From NCBI GenBank assembly GCA_051294905.1, contig CM119371.1, forward strand, positions 2,916,001-2,976,000: DNA of 60,000 bases, given 5' to 3'. Made by a program: the position numbers and the translations under genes. Shown here in pieces: positions 51,740 through 60,000 of this stretch. This DNA is from Botryllus schlosseri (taxonomy: Eukaryota). The notes beneath the pieces are model-generated. The model did no database searches. It was not told where the DNA came from and was given only the letters and a program-made list of their open reading frames with translations. Each line of letters starts with the position of its first letter. Position 1 is the stretch's first letter.

Positions 51740-52905
51740 AGAGAGAGAGAGATAGTCTTTATTTTTTCATCGAACCAAAATACATAACAAACGGCAGTGA
51801 TGGTGGTACAGAAAATATGCGTGCACAGTATTCGGTATTAGATAGGAATGATCGATAAGACCATGAAGGTCATCTAGTCTGATCACACCAGCATCAAACA
51901 GGTACACTTGACTCAGAACAGTCTGGCTGTAAGAAATGTTTAGTTAGGAAAGGAAAATAGAAAAAAAATTAAACAATGGTAGCAAATGATCAATGAAGCA
52001 ATGTCTGGGCGAGGTAGGGCAACAGTGTTAGTGTAACGACAAGAGGTGATCAAGTAGGGCTTTTTTGAATCTATTATAAGGCAATTCACGGATATGTGAT
52101 GGTAATGCATTCCAGATGATAGGTCCCGAGTAGTCGATAGATCTCTTAGTTAGGTTGCTATTGGGTTGGGGTAAGTAGACGTTTCCTTTAGACGAAGATC
52201 TCGTGTAATGGGAATGGACATGTTTAGCAGGTATGAAAAAGTCATCAAACACAGGAGGCAGACTATTGGAAAAATACTTGTGAACAACTTTTGATACTTC
52301 GAAGCGATACAGTTCATCAACTCGCAAAATTCGATGCTTACGGTAGTAAGGCGATAAATTGGTACGTAAAGGTACAGATGATATCAGCCGTATCGCACGG
52401 TTTTGCAGGGTTCGAATTCTGCACAAAAATGTTGTACATGCATTTCCCCATACTACGATTCCATACTGCAGATGCGAGTGGAAAAGAGAGAAGTAGATGG
52501 TTCGTAGTATTGATCTGGAAACCAAAGATTGGAGACGGGTCATTATTCCCACACACCGAGCTAGTTTTGATATTGTGCATTCAATATGCTGCTTCCAAGA
52601 CAATTTCGAATCAATGGTGACGCCGAGATATTTTGCTGAGTCACATATTGAGATTTGTTTATGATTGATGTTCACAGTGAAATTATGACTGGCATTATTT
52701 AAAACGAGCATCTCGGTCTTATCTGCATTCAAACTTAGTTTGTTTGCTTGCAGCCATCTCGACACTTTTGGGAGTTCCCTATTCACAGATGCATGCAGAT
52801 CATCGAAAGTGTTGGAGGTTATGAAGAGGTGAGTATCATCAGCAAATAGCGTTGTGCGGAATAAAGATGCATTAACAATGTCGTTAATATAAATGAGGAA
52901 AAAAG
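51740..52905 (-). mobile_element. 5'-truncated LINE (CR1/L2 group): C-terminal part of ORF2, 3' UTR and (TC)n tail
   Basis: Open frame 52028-52918 with FLIYINDI...LFADDT (RT catalytic motif), WLQANKLSLNADKT, KYLGVTIDSKLSW, YGIVVWG, LQNRAIRLI. AATAAA followed by a TC microsatellite tail at about 51740-51765 on the minus strand. No endonuclease or RT N-terminus. Confidence 0.9.
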
Positions 52906-55900
52906 TCAAGTAATACAAGTTAAATCGATAACATCATGCAGTTCGATATTACATTTCCTTCATAACCTATTTGGTTTGTCATCTCTCCTAATTTTATTCT
53001 CTTGTACATATCGTTATCATCGGATAGGTCGATAAGCGCACACTCGAATAGGGTACGTATTATAAGCATTTAAAAGAACGATACTGCCAGAAAGGTGAGG
53101 AGCCATCGATGCATGACGTCCTTGGAAGCCAAGGAGACCGCTTGCCTAGTAACCACTGTGACTGTATATATCGTTTTGCACAATTTGCCCTATGCCAGGG
53201 CGCGCAACTTATTGTCCGGTCAGTGAGCCGCATATGGGAAAATTAGGCACTTGGCGGGCCAGATTACAGAATATGTACAATTATACATTATACCTTAATC
53301 GCGTATTTATCCACCGCTACAAGGAATTAATTGTGTTTAATGCCAGCTATCCGACAGTCGTCGAGCATGTCCGCATTCAAGTCGAAATACAAGCAATTTC
53401 TCCTAAGTCAATACTAGCCAGTCTTCGGGATTACCGGACCACGACCTAACATCGACCTCGCCCTTCGCCACATGCCACCTCATTTTGTCGCTAGCGTCTT
53501 ATATTCTCTGCATCACTTTTCATTCAGTGTCCATGCCTCTTATTTACTTCGCCTAGGCTAAGGTTGGTGTCTGATCTTAATGGCTGCTCCAAGTTGTTTT
53601 GACACCTTCCTATCTTCTCATTCTATCGCAGTCTTGTGATGTTTTGAAACGATGAAAATATTAATAAACCTGATTGATTGATGTAAACTTAAAGTTTAAA
53701 GCAAAGAGATCAACAAGAGTATTTAATGAATTTATTTACAACAGCTATTGAAGTCAATTAGACATCTATGGTCGCTCAATACTGTCAACTAGTTTTTTGA
53801 ACTCTGATTGCATGTCATATGCAAACACCCTTAGTGAAGACTGCTAATGTTCGTGGCAGTGATGGGATTACGTCACTGCCTTCGAATCACAAGTCATCTC
53901 GAATCATTGCACATTTTGACTCGAGTCAAGTCAATTCACTTGATTTTCATAAGTGATAAGGGTCAAGTCAAGTCACTCGATTTTTGGAGGTGACCCGAGT
54001 CAAGTCAAGTCAAGTCAAGAGTCAAGTAACTAGTCAAGTCAAGTTGAAATTTCAAAGTACTAGACATGATTCAAATTCATTACTAGGGCGATTTTTATTT
54101 GACACTTCAAAAGAAGTCAAATTTTGTTTTACATGGTGAGTTTGATTTATTAAGCTGTTCTTGTGTAAATCACACCAACATGTAACTCAGTTACTCCCGC
54201 CATTTACCGGCTTCAAAAATCTAGTATTTTTCAGCTGTTACTCGTTTTGTGTTCACAATAGACAAAACTTGCTTCTAAGACAGAGAGAAACATGATGTTT
54301 TTGCAGTTTTCATGACCCTACGACCAGTGGTTGTCGAGATGAGCAATTTCACCCCCTCTCGCGCAGAAATTGGGGGGATGCTGGCTGAAAATGGAGGCAA
54401 TCCCCTAAATCCAATTTTTATTGAAGTTTCAAGTCATTTTTCGGGACCTAAGAATCCCCTTTTTTTCGATTTGAAAAAAAGTCATTTTCACTCCACCCTA
54501 CAACATTTCAGCATTTAACGACAAATGACGATACATATCCTCGCATCTTCACCAAGTCTACCTACCTCTAATTTGAATTAAGTTCTGACACATGAAACAA
54601 TTGTCTGGCATTTATCCTGATTGCTACACAACCTTTGTCAAATTGTACGCATTCGCGTAAAAACATTGTCTCTCCATATTCTGATAACCCAAATAAAATG
54701 CAAGGCTCAAATAACTAATTATTATATATTTCAAATCAATTCCATACATTTCATGACATGAAAACGCAGCCCAATACAACATAAAATCACGGAAATTCCA
54801 GCCACTACTCTTTAAGTCTAAGATGCAGATACTCATTAGGAGTCATTAACAGTAATCTCGAGTTATAATGAGTTTTGGATAATGTCATAATAATTGCAAA
54901 TTAGTCACAATGGTCAGTAAGAGTAATTTATAGAATGTCATAATATCTCAGTAAAAAGGGAATATTGAATCACATCCATGAGATTATCTGAAATTTCGAT
55001 TGTTATGGATTAACAATTTGCCTCTTTTTCGGACAGTCATTTAAAATCAATTAATCACATGTCAATGATAAACGAGGTCATCAAGAGAAATGAGCCAATT
55101 ATATTATGCTCGAAGTAATTAGAAACACCGAGGTAGCAGAAAACTTGGTCATTGGTCAAAGAAGCAAGAAAAATCGTTGGCTCGAAGTACATCGACCGTC
55201 ATTCTACAGAATAATATCAAGGTCTGGAAATATCTTGGTAATGAAAGTTTTAAAATCGACAAGTATACCTTTCAAAACTCTCCTGAAGTCAAGTGTACTA
55301 AAGATATAGAGAAAGATCACACGATCATGATGGAATACGGATGATCCTACATAATTGACATTACAATGGATTTCATATACTACACTACATTCATTTTCAA
55401 CAAAATTTTTAATTTTGTATTTTTTTTGGTTTTTTGAAGTATTTAATTTCTATCATAATTCATCACACAAAACGGAAAGACAGTACACACTGCACATCTA
55501 AGAGTATAACACTTTTTTTTCATTTTTCCATATTTATGATTTTTATGTAATTTTTATTATAATCAATTATTTTATAGGTGTAGTACGATGGTATATATTT
55601 ATTTTATCCCGCGAGTCGATCCCAAATTGTGAGTAAATCCTTATAATAGCAAACAATCAACAGGATTACGGCTTGAACTCTACTGTAGTCAAAGAACCTT
55701 CGCATTCAAATCCATTCAACCAGTAATTTGTGCCGTAAAACATTCGGAAATATGTAGGTTCGAAGTGACATTTATGGCATTACCATTGTTTTCGTCGATT
55801 TGTGAAGCTTTATGCAACTGTTTTGATTACTTAATTGTAAAATGCATATTAGAAATAGTTTCGTGAACTTGCTTCGATTGAACATGAAATAGTCAGTTTG

Positions 55901-58013
55901 AATTCTAAAACGAATAGCAGTAATTCTGCTCTGCACGTCTCAATTTTGTTGATGACGATTGGCTCTTGTACACGAGTAACAATGTTGCATCTACAACTAC
56001 GGCATTTTCCAATACTCCCTGAAAAACAATTACCGCTGAATAAATCACTATCCCAGTTAATCAATTACGTCAACAAACTATTTGGACTATGAGTAGAAAA
56101 TTAACTGTTCGCACGGGTATTTCATAACAATGCACAAATAGAATTCGACTTGCTGTAGAGAACCTGGGATTAGAGTCGGATGAAGCGTAGGGATTGAATC
56201 TACAGGACGGTTTATATCAATGACACTCGAAAAGTTAGCTCATCGGCTTGTTTTATGGAAAGCCTAAAATATTGGTGACGATAAGCGTACTTCTGTCAGA
56301 ATTGGATAATTAGATAATTCTAGTTGTCTAATTAGACTAATTAGAGCAAATGCCGGTAATGTATCTTGAATCTATTTTGTGAAATGATTCTCTGCACTAA
56401 TTCTAATTTAATTGGTAAATAATTTATATTTTCTCATTTTAATTCAAACCCTATCTCTGGTTTTCCTGTAAATGCTCCTGAGAGAACTGTATAGTGCCAA
56501 ACGAGCCAAGCTTGTTGGACAGACATTTGCTATTATCATGCTGATTTGATGACAACGGAACTGGATTCAATGACCTAGTTTTTTGCGGACTCAGTACAAC
56601 TACAGTTTTAATCTATTTTGAAAAAAAGTAACGCAATAATTATAATTCTACCATAAGTTGGAAATAACTGTGTAGCGTCAATTCAAATTCTACTGTATGT
56701 TGAAAGAAAATTTACCTGTAATTATAATACTAATCAATTTCGCAAAAGCAGTAAAAAGTAAAAAATGAATGGGATCACTGCAACTTCTGTTCGAGTTTGA
56801 TCAATGACTATTTCGAGAGTCTCTTTAAAAATTATGCGACAACATATTACGACCAAAAACTATATTTATTTCACCCCCAGCAGCTAAATAATCCGGACGC
56901 AATAAATCTCGATCTACGCCGTATTGTCATATAAATTCTTCGAGGATCTCATCAAATCTCAGTTTCATAATGCAACAAATATTTCTCCCAATAAAATGAA
57001 ATCTGTGTGGTCTGAATGCAGCAAGTAATCATGAATTGAAGTGACGCATTACTGCCGAAGATCAACTTCAGTATATATTGACAGAGGTGGTCAGTAACCA
57101 ACTAAATCCACTTTTTCAAAGTATAAAAGTACGTTTTGCCCATTTACACTACTTAAGTAGTTATTAGTTCAGACTACTTCTACTTCTGTTTGACAACTTG
57201 CATTTTTTCAGCAAAACTAGGAGTGATGCGATCAGTATGTTGCGACTTGATCTGAAATGATGCATGACAGCGCTATTATATTCTTGCAGAATAAACAATG
57301 TCTTTTCTCCACAACGCTACGTGTGATGCACCCCGTGTCAACGTTATGACGTCACTATCCGACATCACATCAGTTAATATTGTATATTAATTTATATAAT
57401 ACACAGTTCGTGTCACAATATTTCTAAGCTGTTGTTTGAAACTGAATGTGCATGAAAATGGATCGACGATGTAATGGAAAAATATATCTCAATTCTCATT
57501 TTAGAACGGTCAGATTTCGCAACATCTACTCACCTATAATAAAAATCTACGTCGAGTTGCTTCGAGGCATCCATTTCTCGGAACACTGAAATAAGAAATA
57601 AGTTATATAGCTTAAATGCTTGTTAGCAAAATATGTATGCATTCTATGAATTGTGCTCTGTTGCTGAGCCTATTGCGTGATATCTGAAACAGTCATCAGG
57701 CTCAAAGAGAGTTGAAATAATCAAAATTATAAATGACTTGTATCCTACGATACACGGTGGATTAGTTATAGTAGGTAGGCGTACTGAACCTGCGTTTATC
57801 TACTATTTTAAATCCGAATCATGTTCCGGATGATACATTCAAATCCAAGTACAAATCCATATTTTAGTTTGTCTCGCGCCCATATCCACGTCCAATCCGG
57901 TAATGGCCAAAATTTGATCAAAAAGTCGCATGAAAATGAAAGTCACGTGAAATTCTACGTCAAAGTACGGATGAAAATCCATCTTCGAATGAATCATAAA
58001 CCATTATCTAAAG

Positions 58014-58407
58014 CAGTGGTTCCCAACGTCCGCGATATCCCCTCAAGGGTGGGTTGATTTTGCGGTCTAGGGGGCGAAAATGACGAATGGGGGCGATAGG
58101 GGGGCGAAAATGGACAAAGGGGGCGACAGGGGACGAAAATAGCTTAGGGGACGATAGGGGGCAATGAAGCGTTAAAACAGCTATATTGCAGTCAAGTCAG
58201 AGAATTGACCTTTTTTTAGTCAACCCACGAAAATTTAGCTGCAAAAGTGTAAAACTTCGATATTAAGACGAAAATTTCATTTTTTTTATTCAACCCGCCG
58301 GCGATTACAGTTTGTATGGCCATTTTTCGGTTCACAATTTTTGGGGGGCGATGATCGGTGTGGTGCTTGAAAAGGCGGCGTTTAGTCGAAAAAGGTAGGA
58401 ACCACCG
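58014..58407. mobile_element. hAT-type MITE
   Basis: CAGTGGTTCCCAAC...GGTAGGAACCACCG; perfect 8-bp TSD ATCTAAAG; internal GGGGCGA repeats. Confidence 0.85.
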
Positions 58408-60000
58408 ATCTAAAGCCAGGCCAAAGAGATGACGCGTGACCTCAATGCCATAGAGATGCATAGAGTCGATTCGTAAAATCTTGAAATTATTTGTTATAGT
58501 TTCCGTTCAAAAGCGGTGGCTTTCAAAGGGAAGATTGTTGCGGCCAAAATGTTTTTCACACTCTCCACTTTCATTTCTGACAACATTATATTTAGAGCGC
58601 AGTGTCGTTTTAATGTGTTATAGTTATGTCAGTGGGCAGTGAAATGAGAAATCACACACAATATGATGCCCCGGCAGTAGAATGTATATTGCGTATATCT
58701 AATCCAATTAGATATGGGAATGAGTGAAAGTAACTCTAATCCATTTGTAAAGCATTCCCTGCAATATGCAGCTAGTTATTTACGTATTGTCAATCGATTC
58801 AAATCACTACATTTATATTCGATTTATATTCGCACCGGTTCCACGTTCTGTGAGATACTTTCACAGAACGAATATGAACTTGCATATTCGTTTTCGTATC
58901 AAAGGTAAATCGAAAGTAATCCCGAATACCATTTTAAGATTTATAGTACTTGATTAGGTTGGACAAAACGATTTCGGATTTAATGGAATGTTATTGATTA
59001 TAATTCAGTTCTACCTAAAAGAATGCACAATGCACATGAATGATGATATGATTCGTATCAACGCCAATATAAAAAGTGGGATGATGTATGAAACAAAACC
59101 ACGAATCCTGCGGAGAGGTGCTCAGTAATGGAGTTACTCTACTTTATCAGACTACTTAAATATTGCTGTCAACTTGCATCACTTAATCAAGGGGTTGTCA
59201 TTTTAGACTACTTCTGTTTCTACTTCTTGTCACATAGTCAAAACTACTTACTTTATACAGTATTGATTTTGAAAAGTATCAAGCTGTTCCTAGCTGCGTA
59301 TTCGTCATCGTTTTCAATGAAATTCTTAAGGGAGGCGCCTTAAATAGCCCATGTATCACGGTGACTGCATGAGCATATTTTCAAAGATTCCACTCACTTC
59401 AGTGTCATTAGTCATTTTGCATTCGCCGCGAAGATATATCTTGCAATTTCGGAAGTAGATATCTCCTATAAACTGCTAAAAGTATGCGGCCCTTTGACCA
59501 AATCTACTTTTTGAAACTACTCATTTCACTGCATTTCAGACATTTCGGACTAATACATTTTTTACTTCCACCTCAAGTCAATTTGTTATTTCTTGGAAAT
59601 TGCTACTTCTACTTGTATATCAGGAGCAGCTTATGGCGCTATTTAACGTTCTACATGAGTCTTAACTCTGACTACTTTGACTACCTCTAATCATTCATGA
59701 ACGCGTGTTAGCAACTCTCAGAACCAATCGGAGTCCGCTTGGTCAACAGATGTCGCAAATAAGCTACATGAAGTATTAAATCTGTTCGATAGTTACATAA
59801 GTTTATGAAAGTGGTTTACAAGTTTTTTTGACTCATCGTCCCCTTATCAAGCTCGATATATCTTTATCACGCCCCATAAAGGTAGAAGTACTATCTGCAC
59901 CGAAGTAGTTGTGCTTTACTGTAGTACTTATTATTATATACTTGTTTCGCTTACTCAATTAGTTTTGTTCGTATACTACCTCTACGTAAACAATTTTTAT

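Noticed and set aside
52291..52620. Plus-strand ORFs of 109 and 80 aa
   Set aside because: Antisense shadows of the LINE reverse-transcriptase frame.
369..59690. The many remaining 60-125 aa ORFs in the ORF track
   Set aside because: Mostly non-ATG starts, no domain motifs, and many overlap MITEs; consistent with random ORFs in non-coding eukaryotic DNA.

Overview
AT-rich eukaryotic genomic DNA with spliceosomal introns, many only about 55-65 nt long. This suggests an invertebrate animal, possibly an ascidian (inference only). The main feature is an apparently complete 8.25-kb DNA transposon of the Zisupton/KDZ type at 39960-48208, with an 8-bp TSD (CAGATGTA), inverted termini and 42-bp subterminal repeats. 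I reconstructed by hand a 21-exon minus-strand gene inside it with an unbroken reading frame (about 1280 aa): C2H2 fingers, SWIM-like, CxC, KDZ DDE-type core with an embedded SAP domain, Ulp1/C48 SUMO-type protease and a C-terminal PHD finger. The left 37 kb is a mosaic of old tandem duplications carrying repeated, decayed, splice-site-flanked exons resembling RBM28/Nop4. It is peppered with non-autonomous DNA transposons: several hAT-type families with 8-bp TSDs, a Kolobok-type TTAA foldback element and an internally deleted hAT with a BED finger. A 5'-truncated CR1/L2-group LINE lies at about 51.7-52.9 kb. I could not confidently identify any intact host gene or RNA gene.
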